A DNA stretch of 64,000 bases. Source: Eledone cirrhosa. Taxonomy: Eukaryota. Below are positions 15,088-28,269 of the stretch, piece by piece. The notes below the pieces were generated by a model, which was not told where the DNA came from, did not search any database, and saw nothing but the letters and a program-made list of their open reading frames with translations. The stretch lies in contig OZ024743.1 in the NCBI GenBank assembly GCA_964016885.1, positions 303,428,001-303,492,000 of the forward strand, read 5' to 3'. A program made the translations under genes and the position numbers. Numbering within the stretch: position 1 is the stretch's first letter; every line of letters begins with the position of its first letter.

Positions 15088-15595
15088 TCTTAATAGGCAT
15101 TTGAACTGTCAACAGGCTGCGGGTCGCACACACATCCCTGCTGACCATTATCACAACAACGAACACTTTACTACTACTACGCACACACACACATATTTGT
15201 TGTGAAAGAGTCATTTCTCAGTCAGCCGACACAAACCTGCATTTGGCGCAAAATCAATTTTTTACATTCACATGACCTCTACCAATCAATCAAAATTGTT
15301 TTGACCACAAGAATTTTTGCATACGAATTGGCGCAAAACTTATTTCAATACCGCTGGAGCCACTTTTTTAACATAAAAACAGGTAGAATTCCCAAAACTA
15401 ATCAGATCACAGCAAACATCACGGACGCTCTATTTCAAAATTATTTTTGAAAAGCATTAGAAATGCGCAACCGGTAAAACTTAAAACCAAAACTGAATAC
15501 TAACCAATACAATTATTAATTCTCACTTATTCCTAATTAAACTATTTTTCACTGTGAACAATTTATCAGCATTTTGTATTCCGTTTACCAATATA
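11725..15595 (+). mobile_element. Neptune-type Penelope-like element, 5'-truncated, with a large inverted pLTR
   Basis: 11725-13326 is an inverted copy of 14202-15595. The centre 13327-14243 encodes an RT thumb (YYKPTDSKQY...SCHPRH) and Zn-finger/GIY-YIG (CDRPNCGIC...FTCASENLIYVLTCSGC...Y). TA-rich flanks. Confidence 0.88.
12670..13065 (-). repeat. Palindrome-rich tandem array inside the pLTR (mirror copy at 14465-14790)
   Basis: Recurrent TCTGGACACACTCCAGA, TGTGCACA and CCAATACGGCAAGGCC modules. Confidence 0.85.
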
Positions 15596-15626
15596 TAATA
15601 ATTTGTGTGTTACACCTCTATTCTTT

Positions 15627-16110
<484 letters not shown>

Positions 16111-16111
16111 C

Positions 16112-16310
16112 TTTGTAAACCTCCTTGTTTGCTCGGATGCCATCTTTCAACTCTTGATTGAACCAAGGGGTCCTCCTGTCATCCGGCGTCACACCAAATT
16201 TCTTTCGCCCGCAGCATTTATCAGCTGAAGCATTCACTGCTGCAATGGACAATCTCCACTCTGACTCAACGTTCTCAGGGAGGTCTTTGAATTTGGAGAT
16301 GTTTTAATGA
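16112..16310 (-). mobile_element. RTE-clade LINE ORF fragment (EN-RT tether)
   Basis: VESEWRLSIAAVNASADKCCGRKKFG...RRTPWFNQELKDGIRANKEVYK. Confidence 0.7.
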
Positions 16311-18325
16311 AAGACTAAACCAATTGATTGTTCCACTCAGTGTCCCCCACAGCATACTGATAGCAATATGCTCTAATCATAGTATATTGTTAAGAAATAT
16401 TTTGAATAATTTCTTTGTATTTATACATATAATAAACAAAAAAGGGTAACAACAGTAAAAATAAATATATAAAAATCACACAAACATGAAGTTAAACATT
16501 CTCGTACATTTTAAAGACAAATACATTTGAAAGACATTAATACCAATGTCAGTAGAGCTTCTGTGTCAAGAGAAAAAAAAATATCAATTTAAAATAAGGA
16601 AAAAGTAAATTATAACAATCAAAATATGAAACCAAGATAATTACCAATGTTGAGATGATTGAATAGAAAAGACAGAAAAAAATCAATAGGAACAAAACAA
16701 TCAAATAAATCTCAACGAAAAGCACTATTAAAATTGCCTTGGGATATAAATGAACATGAAATCAATGTTCCTTTCTCTTAACTTATTTTCTTTATTCGTT
16801 TTGATATTGTCATAACAGTTTGGTAATTCATTCATTATACTCAGAGATATATAAATGAAACACACACATACACACAGATGTATATGTGTATGAATGTATA
16901 TGTATATAGGCATATGCCGCAACTGTCAGGTGTGCATAATGAAACTCATGCATTTGCATTTTTTCTCGGATCAAATGTTTGAATGCGATAATGAAGAAGA
17001 TATTCTTATATGTATATATTTGTATTCATACGTGTATGTATGTATGTATGTATGTATGTATGTATGTATGTATGTATGTATGTATGTATGTATGTATGTA
17101 TGTATGTATGTATGTATGTATGCATGTATGAAAGTATGAATGTATGTTTTGATTTTATTATTTTATACATTGTTAGCAATAGAGAGAGAAAAAGAATAGG
17201 TTTCTGTTAGAAACAAGACTCTGACGTTGCAATTTAGACATCAGCATCTAGATAAATAGGCACCGATATGTGTGTGTATGTGTGTGTAGGTATGTGTGTG
17301 TGTGTATGCGTACGTGAGTATGTATGTGTGAAAATATCCAATGAGGCAGTTAGTGACATATCGAAGAGCTCCAAATCACAGGTGAAAATGAAAAGGTATA
17401 GTGAGGGTGAAGTATCTATAGATTCCTCATAAGTCCTGCATGAATATTGAAATGTTCGCTAATCTCTCGTATTGTAGTGGCATCTGCTGAGCAGCTGATC
17501 TTTCACTCATCTGTATGCCTTATTTCCAAAATCGCCTTGTCCAGTGTGTAATGTTTTATCGCTATCTCTTTTATATGTATGTATATATGTATGCATGTAT
17601 GCATGCAGGTAAGTATGTGTCTGTCTATGTATGTACGTGTGTGCGTATGTAGTAATGGATATATGAACGTTCTGGTTTTGTTTTATTTTAGTAATTTCTC
17701 TCTGAGAGAGATTAAGAGAGAATCCGTCATTGGAATTTAGACAAAACCTAATTAATTACGCATGTATGTTTTTCTTGGGCGCATGTACGTGAAAGTGCGA
17801 TGTCATTCATTGTATGGAACTGTAGTATTTGATTTTCTTGTGCACATAAACATATCATGTGTATGTATATGCAGTTGTTATATGCTAAATTTCAGGACGT
17901 TTTCCTATATTTTTTGTTCAATACTTACTCCAAAGTGTTTGAGTCTGTTGTCACATGGAAACATTTTCCATCATCAATCTCTCACCCTGTTGTGCATCAA
18001 TTATTTCTGTTCCTAGATAGCAAAATTACACGGTTGAAGATGAGTGCTAATACCCTCCTTCAGATAGATATGTATGTATGAATATGTGTATGAATGTATG
18101 TGTATGTATATTGATTAAGACGAGTTATTTCCCCTAGGTAATTTATTTAAAAATTACTCTGATTATGCTGGCCAAATTTATTCACAACTCTTTACATTTA
18201 TAAACCTAAGCCCACTTAACAAATGAGGCTTCAGAAGTAATTTAATCAATGATGATTCCTAATATATCTAAAACTCCTCAGAAGCAACGAACACACCGGA
18301 AAACAAAAAGAAAGAAAATTGACAT

Positions 18326-19045
18326 TTCTGTGGAAATAATTCTGAAGATATTCATACTATCGCCTTCATTTGAAAGCTTCTAAGGATTGCCAATGCGTTT
18401 ATTGTTTTGTTTGGTCTAAGAATTCCGCTTCTTTCCGAAGCTTTATCCTGTGTATGTCATAACCTCCCCACCCCAACCATCTTAATATGTTTATTGTAAA
18501 CTTTACTCTCTCATTATCTCTCTTTCTCTCTCTCACCGAAATTTGCTAATAGCTGATGTAAGGCTTATGTCCGATTCGTTGAAGACCTTATTTTCGTCTT
18601 CCCAATAATGAAGCTGGTAAAACTATGTTGTTTCATGTCACTTTGCATCTGCCCTTGTCATGTCTTTCTTAAAGTGTATATATATATATATATATGTGTG
18701 TGTATGTGTGTGTGTGTGTATGTGTGTGTGTGTGTGTGCGAGTGTGTGTGCGTGTGTGTGTGTGCGTGCGTGCGTGCGTGTGTGTGCGTGTGATGTGTGG
18801 CTATATATATATATATATATGAAAATGAGGTAAATATCTCTCTGAGTACTAAGTACCCATAGAGATATATAGGGTGTCTATAATATAATTATAGACATAT
18901 TAAGATGGTTGGGGTGATATATATTAGATGACATACACAGGATAAAGCTTCGGAAAGAAGTGGAATTCTTAGGCCAAACAAAACAATAAAACGCATTGGC
19001 AATCCTTAGAAGCTTTCAAATGAAGGCGATAGTATGAATATCTTC
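18326..19045. repeat. ~135-bp near-perfect inverted duplication of LRR-coding DNA around a pLTR-like insert
   Basis: 18326-18460 is the reverse complement of 18928-19045. Confidence 0.85.
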
Positions 19046-19799
19046 AGAATTATTTCCACAGAAATCTCACGTGTGGGTCACTTTAACGGCCATAACTTAT
19101 ACGAGCTGGTAGTTGGCATTATATTTGCAGACCATGGGACTTAGTCCTATAGAATGGAAATAGCTATCTGATGAAATTTACTTTCCGTTAGAAATTCTCT
19201 GAATTTCTAATCTTTTGTAAATGGAAACCGCCGGTAATAGCATTATGAAGAGGTAGATATTTAAATCATTTTTTAATTTATTTAAAGGATTGTTTAATGT
19301 TGGTTTGTTCTGCTCATCAATTTATATATATATATATATATATATATGTATACATATATGAATAAAGTTGAAAATGAAATTTGAGACTTTATGAATGTAC
19401 ACATTTCTTAATTTTCAGAAGTTAAAAAGGATGAAAAAATGCGTGACTATGTTGTCGGGTAAATTTCATCTTACTGATGTTGGAAAGAACTTTGAGTTAA
19501 GCAAAATACTTTCGTTCAGATTACAATTTTGTAGGTTGAGGAAGCTAGCGTGATTTGGCATCGAATGTTGTGGTAATTTTGCGCCAACAATTGTGATGGT
19601 CATGGTTCATTCACTTTTCTTTTAAAAAACAGGCCCACATTGCTATATGTTAAAAGTATAATTTGATAGGCTAAAAATGATCAGGTGATCAGGTGATCAG
19701 GACAGTGGCAATAACAAATGTAATTCATATGCGTTCAATAATCAAGTGGAATTGGCATTGACTTCGTGGCAATACCCAAAACGGAAAATTACAGATAAT

Positions 19800-20345
19800 A
19801 TGTTGAGAGCACCTAAAAGCCACGATCACCTAGATCACTAGGTTGTCCTCTTTCAATATTACAGATACACGCTTAGTGCCTGTCCATACACAAGGGCAAT
19901 TCTCGCCCTTCTCACCCACCTTTCTAAAAAGAGGCTGGAAAGTAGCAGTTCCCCCTCCACCCTGATGTTCCTTTTCAGGTGGAGCCTGAAAAGGGTAATA
20001 ACAGCGTTGCCGAAGAGGAACGTTTCCGTCTTCAACCCTTTCAGACGCGTTAACAATATGACCACTTTCACCATGACCAACAGGCAGAAAAAAATGGCCT
20101 ACCCTTCCAGTTTAAAGGAAGGCGGCGAGGCAATCTTCATGAGGGACTCAGCTGAAAGCCGGATATATCCTACACGCGACAGCAACAGTTTGACATAAAT
20201 CCATAAGTCAAGGATACTCAGACTCTGGACGAATGCGTGTAGGAGGGTTTCCTCGCTCTGCGCGCATATTTGACAAGCGCAGCAAATGGCACTTCCATGC
20301 CTTTAAAGTTTAGCTTGAACTGCCAAGGCTTTCCGGTCCACTGCC
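19800..20345 (-). mobile_element. Tx1/L1-like non-LTR retrotransposon 3' fragment
   Basis: CQICAQSEETLLHAF (zinc knuckle)...LSAESLMKIASPPSF...VKVVILLTRLKGL...FLERWVRRARIALV*. Confidence 0.7.
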
Positions 20346-20349
20346 ATGA

Positions 20350-20985
20350 ATATCTCGAATGAGACCAATGGTTGGATGTTTCAGCCAGTAAAACAGCACG
20401 AATCCAGCAAAACACTTTATTTGTGTTAAACGAAGGCACCAAATATATGCGTGCAATAAATCTAAGGACAGATATGACAAAAGAAATGGTTCTTCTACCA
20501 ACAGTATCAGCAAAGGCTACCAAAACAAAAGCAAAGTAAGCAAATATTAAGCAGATGAAGGGCAAATGGCAAAATAAAATACTTCATGGCGAGTACATGA
20601 CTCGAATCAGGCAAGCTGATATAAACAAAACCCAAAAACCATCAATGGTTGCGCAGTACATGACTGGAAACCGAAACAGAAGGTTTCATAATGGCTGCTC
20701 AAAACCAATCCCTTGCGACACAAATATTATCAGGAAAACATATTAGGAAATGAATGACTCGAAATGCCGGTTGTGTGACAAAAATATTGAAAAAGGGGAT
20801 CATTTAATATCTGCATGCACCACCTTAGCGTCATGTGACAGACACGATAGAATGAAGCAGTGAATCCATCGGAAAATATTTAAGTCCTATGAATAACGTG
20901 TAACAAAAATCTGGTATCAACATCATCCAGACCCGGTAACTGAAATTAGCAATGTAATAATACTGTGGCATTTTACAATACATAT
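20350..20985 (+). mobile_element. R4/Dong-like non-LTR retrotransposon fragment
   Basis: WQNKILHGEY...HQWL...ETEGFIMAAQNQSLAT...CRLCDKNIEKGDHLISACTTLA...RHD...WYQHHPDPVTE..NVIILWHFTI (CCHC knuckle just before the RLE endonuclease). Confidence 0.8.
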
Positions 20986-21009
20986 GTGAGGACGATCAAC
21001 GTGAACAAA

Positions 21010-21420
21010 ATGTGTTTGGATTCAACCATTTCATGTGCGTCTACCACCCGACATCTTTCGCCATGAGCACCAGGCAGATAAAAAACTTCCTGTCCTTTCC
21101 ATCTAAAGGAGGAAGGTGGGGTGATATTCACAATCGACTCAGTTGATAGTCAAATCCGTCACACATGTGACACCAGATGTTCGAAATAAACCCATAAGCC
21201 AAATATGCTCAAACGTCTCTAGAGTGAGTCTCGAATCGGGCAAAGTTCATAGGTAGCATTGCCAGGGATTTCTTGACGTTATCCATAGGCCCTTGATTAA
21301 AGGTCCTTTAGAGTCTCCGCAAGAAAGCAGTCTTTGTACCCGACATATAAACCCCTATAGAAAGATAGGGGGAGTTTCCAACGATCGCGCTGCCAGATTG
21401 GCTGAATGCTGTGAGCGCTT
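21010..21420 (-). mobile_element. Second, more decayed Tx1/L1-like fragment
   Basis: WVYFEHLVSHV*RI*LSTESIVNITPPSSF...ICLVLMAKDVGW*T is homologous to the 19800-20345 copy. Confidence 0.6.
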
Positions 21421-21478
21421 AAATACCATTTTATTAAGAAAATGAAAATAATAAAAAAAGAACATGAACAAAAAAGGA

Positions 21479-21607
21479 GAAGAAGAAGAAGAAGAAGAAG
21501 AAGAAGAAGAAGAAGAAGAAGAAGAAGAAGAAGAAGAAGAAGAAGAAGAAGAAGAAGAAGAAGAAGAAGAAGAAGAAGAAGAAGAAGAAGAAGAAGAAGA
21601 AGAAGAA
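21479..21607. repeat. (GAA)n microsatellite
   Basis: About 43 perfect units; source of the poly-R/L/S ORFs. Confidence 0.97.
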
Positions 21608-22719
21608 ATATATTCAACATGCACGATAACGGAGTAAATGTTCTCTGTAATTCCGAAGCCAATAGTTGTTTTGAGATGGTGCTTCAAATTGCTAAAATGT
21701 GAAATAGATACATGCATAAATTGGGTTAATTAGTTAAATACGTGTGCTTCTTGATGAATTTATATTTTATAGGGTAGATGAAAGGAAATATCAATTTAGG
21801 CGAGTAAAGTGATCCTGCATTGATTTTCTTGATAAACAATATTTACTTGATAGATATTTTTCTAAGGAATGGCCAGAAATGAAATCCCCATTTTGGAAGG
21901 CATCTCTGATTGAAGACTACCTAATGGATGAATTGGCGTTCTAAATTATAATGCTCCACTTGGCTTAACTAGTGGAATATTTCATGTAGCTGATTACGTT
22001 CGGGATCTTTAGTTTGTTATTGTGTTTTTCTTTACATGTACATTTTTGGTGCAGTAATTTATGTATTACATCGAGCTAAAGAGTTGTAGATTTTGCTGAT
22101 GGAAAAATATAGATGGAGATGACTATAATAATAGATTCAATTAACTATCCAACTAATTCGAAATTGCTGTGTGTGAAGCCCATTTGTTGTAAGTTAATTA
22201 CATCCAGAAGAAATTCGATTTTTTTACCTAAATATAAGGGATGTAAGAAATGGACATTTGTTTTTCAAAGAAGAAGGAGATATTATCAATATCGGTAAAG
22301 ACAGATAATGATAGCATCCAGCGAGTTATTGAAAGTGCATTATTGATTTTTGTAGAGAATTACTTGCTAACTTACAGTGCTTGCAGTATAATTCATTTGG
22401 AATGATGGTGCTAGATATAAACGTAGATTTGTTTTTCATATTCTCTTTATTTAGTTCCTTGTCTGAATTGCTATCGAGATAACTGGTATGTATTACCCAT
22501 TCAAGATGATTAACACGTGTTAACTGTTACAGTTAATATTTCCATAAAATAAAGATAACTCGCTATCTAAATCGGCTGAATTCTCGATTTTGTTTTTACT
22601 TTCAACCTCTTGTCATCACAGTATTTAATGATACATAAATGTAAATGGATTACAATAATTACTGAAATAGTGCATGTAATTTTATTTGCGGTATGCCTCT
22701 CCCATATATTATTTAATCA

Positions 22720-22812
22720 AAATCCCGCTGAGGTTTATTTTGCCTTTCATCCTTACGGGGTCAATAAAATAAAGTGCCAGTAATGTACTGGGTAATTGCT
22801 GGCCTTGAAACA
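22720..22812 (+). mobile_element. SINE, 5'-truncated
   Basis: AAATCCCGCTGAGG...GCCTTTCATCCTTACGGGGTC...GAAACA|ATTAT. Confidence 0.85.
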
Positions 22813-23415
22813 ATTATTGAATACATAGGGACAACATTACAACAACTTTACACTTTGTATCTGTCTAAAATTTCAGTACATTGGTGAAATGGTCTATACA
22901 TTGTTCGGGATGGTGTCCAAATGTGTCTGGCTGTATTAACGTCATATATGTGTGTAATTTGTCTGTGCATATATAAAATATAAAAATAAAATATTATTGA
23001 CAAATATGTATCTGATCATTATGTATCCGTTCATAAATAAATAAATAAACGAAATGCAACTTGAATGCGGTTCATATGAAGTTAAATCCCCCCCCCCCCA
23101 AAAAAAAGAAGTAAAAATAACAGTTACATTGTCGTAGTAACCACACGATACAACGCTAATGATATCTGGGAAGATTTCATAATTACTGTGAATAAAAGTT
23201 GCAATATAAACTGTTATGATAATAGTTTAGAGCAAATATTATAACTAGGGTAGTTTTATATAAGATACAATTATAATGTTCCGTTTTCCTTACTGCTACT
23301 TTTTTGTCTCCGCTCTGAATAAAAATATTGTATAGAGTTGCATACACATTTTCTACCTTATTGAATGCGTAATGGTCAATTCTGCACGGAAACTCGACGG
23401 TTATTTTCGTAAAAT

Positions 23416-23559
<144 letters not shown>

Positions 23560-24193
23560 TGTGTGTGTGTGTGTGTCAGTGTCTGTGTCTGTGTATGTGC
23601 ATATGCACGTCTGTAGTACATGTGTTGCGTTCAATTAAACCAAAGATATTACTCAATAAACAAAGGGTGAAGTTATTATTCATCATTAAAATCTGAATCT
23701 CTCTGATTCAATATTCCTAGATTCTGATTCCCGGTAATCATGCAACCGATTAAAACATGAATGAATATAACGTTTTTATATATTGGTGAAGGTTGGTATA
23801 TTTCTATTAAAATAATATTGGTGGAAATTATAGTTTGTACATTTGGGACTATATTATGTAAACATGTAACAGAATTCTATGAAACACCACTATAGTCATA
23901 CACAAGAGAAGTGTTTGTAAAGATGAAAATATATTCATTAAAACATATATGACCAAAAAAGGTATAATAATCCATATCCTCTGGTTTGACATTGTTTGCT
24001 TGTAAGTGAAGATAAAGATTATATATGTCGAACATATGTATGCGATTTACACTAAAATGTCTTTTTCGTATAGGATTTAGTAGAACATATTATAAATATA
24101 TATATATATATATATATAACGAAGGAGTTGTGGTAAGGAACCATATAGACCATAACGCACCAGATTACTCAATACTTAGGGTAGTAGAGTGGG

Positions 24194-24286
<93 letters not shown>

Positions 24287-25143
24287 ACGTTATACTCTTT
24301 TTTTAATGTTTAAAGGAAATGATGTTTAATATATATATTTATGCCAAAATGGTAATGGTATGTATATTTATGGGTGGGGTAAATTTCATAGAATTTACTC
24401 TACACACACTAGCACGGACACGAACATACACAATCAGAAAATTGAAGATGCACACACGAATATATATATTATTATATAAAGGTATTTATTAACGTGTGTA
24501 CGCTAGTGCAAACATTTACAAGCGTGTTCGCTTTAAATGTAATTTTTAACACATATTTCAAAATGAAGACCCTTTTATAGTGAATATACAGAAACATTTA
24601 TGTTGAGAATCTATCGAACTATCGGCTGATGGAGGTAAATTCACATGATTTCAAAAATTGTAGCAAGGTTACCGTATATGCCACAGATATACGTATTACA
24701 AAGCAAAATATATAATTTACAAAGCCTGGCCATTTCAAACTTTTACATTTTGGAGCTGAATAAGAATGGCCTAATATGTAGTCTTGGAAACATGCCAGAA
24801 AGTTCGAATTTCCTTGTAAATTGAATTTAAAAACCATTAATCAACTTTTGGACCTAGTTATCAAAGGCGTGTATATCATCCAAACAACCACGATGAAATA
24901 CACATTTATATGCCTTTGTTATTGTATATATATATATATATATATGTGTATGTGTGTGTGTGCGTATGTGTGTGCGTGTGTCTATGTACATACATAATGA
25001 TAACGCTATTTAGATGTGCTTCATAATTACGTGCAATACAGGCGGTGAGATGTCGACTATCACTCTGATTGCCGATGATGACAGTCGTGGTTTCTCCCTG
25101 TCCCTCTCCTTCTGTGCTTATGTAAACATACTCACAGACACAC

Positions 25144-25175
<32 letters not shown>

Positions 25176-25259
25176 TCATCACATAAATATACGTAGGCGG
25201 CTTGCAGGTTAAGTACATGTGTGTATGCTGGTGTTTGTGTAATCACATAAATATATAAT

Positions 25260-25350
25260 TGTTTCTACTTTAGGCACAAGGCCAGCAAATACCCAGTACA
25301 TTTCTGGTACTTTATTTTATCGACCCCGTAAGGATGAAAGGCAAAGTTAA
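25260..25350 (-). mobile_element. SINE, 5'-truncated
   Basis: Same family; 14-bp TSD CATAAATATATAAT on both sides. Confidence 0.85.
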
Positions 25351-26802
25351 CATAAATATATAATAAAGTATCAATATTGCCCCAAGAATATTATTCTTTA
25401 CCACAAGAGATTTTAGCAAAGCCCTTTGTGTAGCGTTATGGAAAGGAAGAAATAAAGGTGAATTTTTAATTAAAATTTCTTATATATAGTTTATTTGAAA
25501 TTTCTTATATATAATTTATTTGTAATTACAGTAATGTATTGATTATTATATTTGTATAATGCTATATTGCTTTGAGATTTGACATAGTCTTTAATATTAT
25601 ATATTGTTTCATAGTTTATTATTAATGTCAGGTGTATGTACGTTCTAAAGCTCAGTAGATCTTAACTGGTTTGTCAGGGTGTCCCCTTCTAAAACATATT
25701 ACTTTTGGTGAATTTTGTTAATTATTTATCTTCGAAAATATTTGAAGTACACATCTTATTTCGCCGTCAATAAAAGGAACGTAACATTGAAATATACATA
25801 AGCTATTAAAACCAATTATATACATTTGAAATTGTTAGGCAATTCAAATATTAGCAATGAAGTATTTGTTTGTAAAACAAATTTGTTTGAATCTACTAAA
25901 TGTTATGCAATGTATGATTTGTACGCCTTTTATAAATATGTCGACAGTTACCTTGGCGGTACTCCTGATAAATCCGTTTCCTAACAGTTTCCCTGCCAAT
26001 GCAGGTTCCTTTTGTATGTGACACCAACATCATAATGCATGCAAATATTTGTAATATTATGCTGATTAAACAATTTTCGGTAACAATTATTTAAAGAGTT
26101 GTCACGTTATGCACGGAAAAATACATTTTTCTTGCACCGTTGTGGTAAAAACGAACTGAAGTTCATAAGATTCTACGTGGAGTATGGCGATATACAGCAT
26201 TGTCAAGTCTGATGTGTGCCTCAGAAGCTGCAGCGACATATATATCAACATAGCCATTCCACTATATCTCTGATATATCTGCTCTCAAAGGCAGTCCTTT
26301 TTAATACTGCTCTGGGAAAGTCAAGGGCGAATACATACGCCTGCTCCTCGAAAAAAGACCATTCCAAGTACAATTAAAAAAAAGCCCAGATAATGTCTCG
26401 AATTTCTTTGAAATAGGGATCGCAGATCTTTCATTTTGTTGATCGTATAATCATGTACAGTATATTCCACTTATCTAGAATTTTAAATGAGATGTTCGGA
26501 CCTTGTGAACTATCATTATTCAGATACATATTACTTTGCTCGTGTTGTTGAAATATTTTATTCAGAGTAGTACCGATGAACTTTAAAACATTTAAATAAA
26601 ACTATCTCGGTGAGTATTAGAAGTTTATTCCAGAGATTAAATTGCTACTATTATTTGAAATTTCTTTACTGTCTATCATTGGAAATAAGCAAATTCGACT
26701 TCAATGGAAGCTCAAATCATACTGCAGGCTTGGGATTAATGTCACACATAAGACCGAAACATCTAGCACTTTTAGCTTTCGCAGGAAATGTATTCAAATA
26801 AT

Positions 26803-26991
26803 TGTTTCTACATTTGGCACAAGGCCAGCACTTATCCCAGTGCATTACTGGTACTTTATTTTATCGACCCCGTAAGGATGAAAGGCAAAGTCAACCTCGG
26901 CGTGATTTGAACTCAGATCATAATGGGCCATAACACTATGCTGTGGAGCATAGCGTCCGATCCTCTACCGATACTGCCAATCCATCGCCCT
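26803..26991 (-). mobile_element. tRNA-derived SINE, full length
   Basis: A and B boxes present; 14-bp TSD TGTATTCAAATAAT at 26789-26802 and 26992-27005. Confidence 0.9.
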
Positions 26992-27903
26992 TGTATTCAA
27001 ATAATGCTGAATATTAAATTCGGTAGAAAATGATCATTAGATGAAAATATTCACGAAATGTGAACATATGTTTTCCATGATACACTCTCATATAGACACA
27101 TTAAATGCTCATACACAGGATGATAAACCTATCTCTTTTATTATACAGTTATAAAAGGAAATATGTCAAAGTCCAAGTAATCTTCATGCACCACCACGCT
27201 CCTTTATTCTAGCATATGTGAACGACAGTCGTCTTTATTCTAGCTTCCACTCGCACCTATTTGACACACGAAGCACGACTCAATCATTCCCCAAGTCACG
27301 GCACAACATTATGAATCAGCAAAGCGCACATATCCTCACCTCTCGGTTTCGGGGGTTTTCTTCAACTAACGTAATGACTTTTTTATAACTGAACGACTGT
27401 TGTTTACCTTCCTGAAATTGTTTATAGTTTGGCAATAACTATTCCACTTACTAGTTAATTTAATTGTCCTAGAATGCGTAAAAACTATGCTCAGTCATAA
27501 ATAATTCAACGTGTCGTTGCAATCTTATTTGTCGCATCGTAATGCTTGACACTTTTGATGAATCTCTGCTGAATCATCTGCTTATTCTAGCAATGGAGGA
27601 ATGTAATACCTTCTGCAGTCAACAACGCTACAGTACATTGCATCTCGTTTGTTTTCCTAAACCTAAACGCTACCTTGTTTGCTTTTCTTTTCTTTTTCAA
27701 ATTTTCAGCCGTTGCTTCAGAAAATATACTTGCTTCCTCAATTGTTTCCTTACTAACGTGTTTCCCATTACTGTCCTCCACTGCATCTCCCCATCAGCTG
27801 TTATTTATTCATTGCTTTGATAATTACATAATTGATTACATTTTAATACGATATCCACAGAATGGAATTTATTTAGATCCGGATGTATTATTAAGTAACA
27901 AAT

Positions 27904-28015
27904 TAGTTCAAATCCCGCCGAGGTTAACTTTGCCTTTCATCCTTACGGGGTCGATAAAATAAAGTACCTGTAATACACTGAGATAATTGCTGGTATTGTG
28001 CCAAAAGTAGAAACA
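27904..28015 (+). mobile_element. SINE, truncated at the B box
   Basis: 17-bp TSD ATTATTAAGTAACAAAT. Confidence 0.88.
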
Positions 28016-28032
28016 ATTATTAAGTAACAAAT

Positions 28033-28240
28033 GGACAGTTGATTGGCATTAGTTGTAGAGCGTTGGGGAATATTATTTTATGGGCCTTTCCTTTCTCAGT
28101 TCAAATCCTGCCGAAGTCAATTTTGATGTCTTCCCTCCTGGTTCGACAAAGGAAATTGATAACAATGAACTGAGTTTGATTTAATCGTCATTCCTCTCCA
28201 CTTAGTTTCCTGGCAATATGCCTAGATTAGAAATTATTAA
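28033..28240 (+). mobile_element. Older diverged tRNA-SINE copy
   Basis: ATTGGCATTAGTTGTAGAGCG...CAGTTCAAATCCTGCCGAAGTC...TAGAAATTATT. Confidence 0.6.
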
Positions 28241-28269
28241 TGATTGAAATAATTATTAATTAAAAATTA

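Larger units (their letters stand above)
16750..22560 (+). pseudogene. Toll-like-receptor-like pseudogene B (signal peptide, LRRs, LRRCT, TM, TIR-like)
   Basis: MNMKSMFLSLNLFSLFVLILS (16750); GICRNCQVC; SLEFRQNLINY; SKITRLKMSANTLLQID (ORF 17857-18081); LALYLQTMGL...PLEIL*ISN; AFNNQVEL-AL(D)LRGN (~19730-19773); NIFNMHDNGVNVL (21607); YVCFLMNLYFIG*MK...KSP...SLIEDYLMDELA (LRRCT-like); LITFGIFSLLLCF (TM); DICF...IGK...DN...FIWN-WC-RY..RF.FH (TIR-like, ~22250-22440). Many stops and frameshifts. Confidence 0.6.

Noticed and set aside
17925-19572. Apparent spliced exons (AG...GTAAGT at 18013-17928 on -, 19419-19458 and 19535-19572 on +)
   Set aside because: Phases do not join without stops; the region is better explained as continuous decayed LRR coding sequence.
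21297-21717. Poly-L, poly-S and poly-R ORFs
   Set aside because: (GAA)n microsatellite; only the C-terminal NIFNMHDN... part belongs to relic B.
27587-27781. 64-aa lysine-rich ORF on the minus strand
   Set aside because: Protein-like, but no recognisable family, splice support or continuation; left uncalled.
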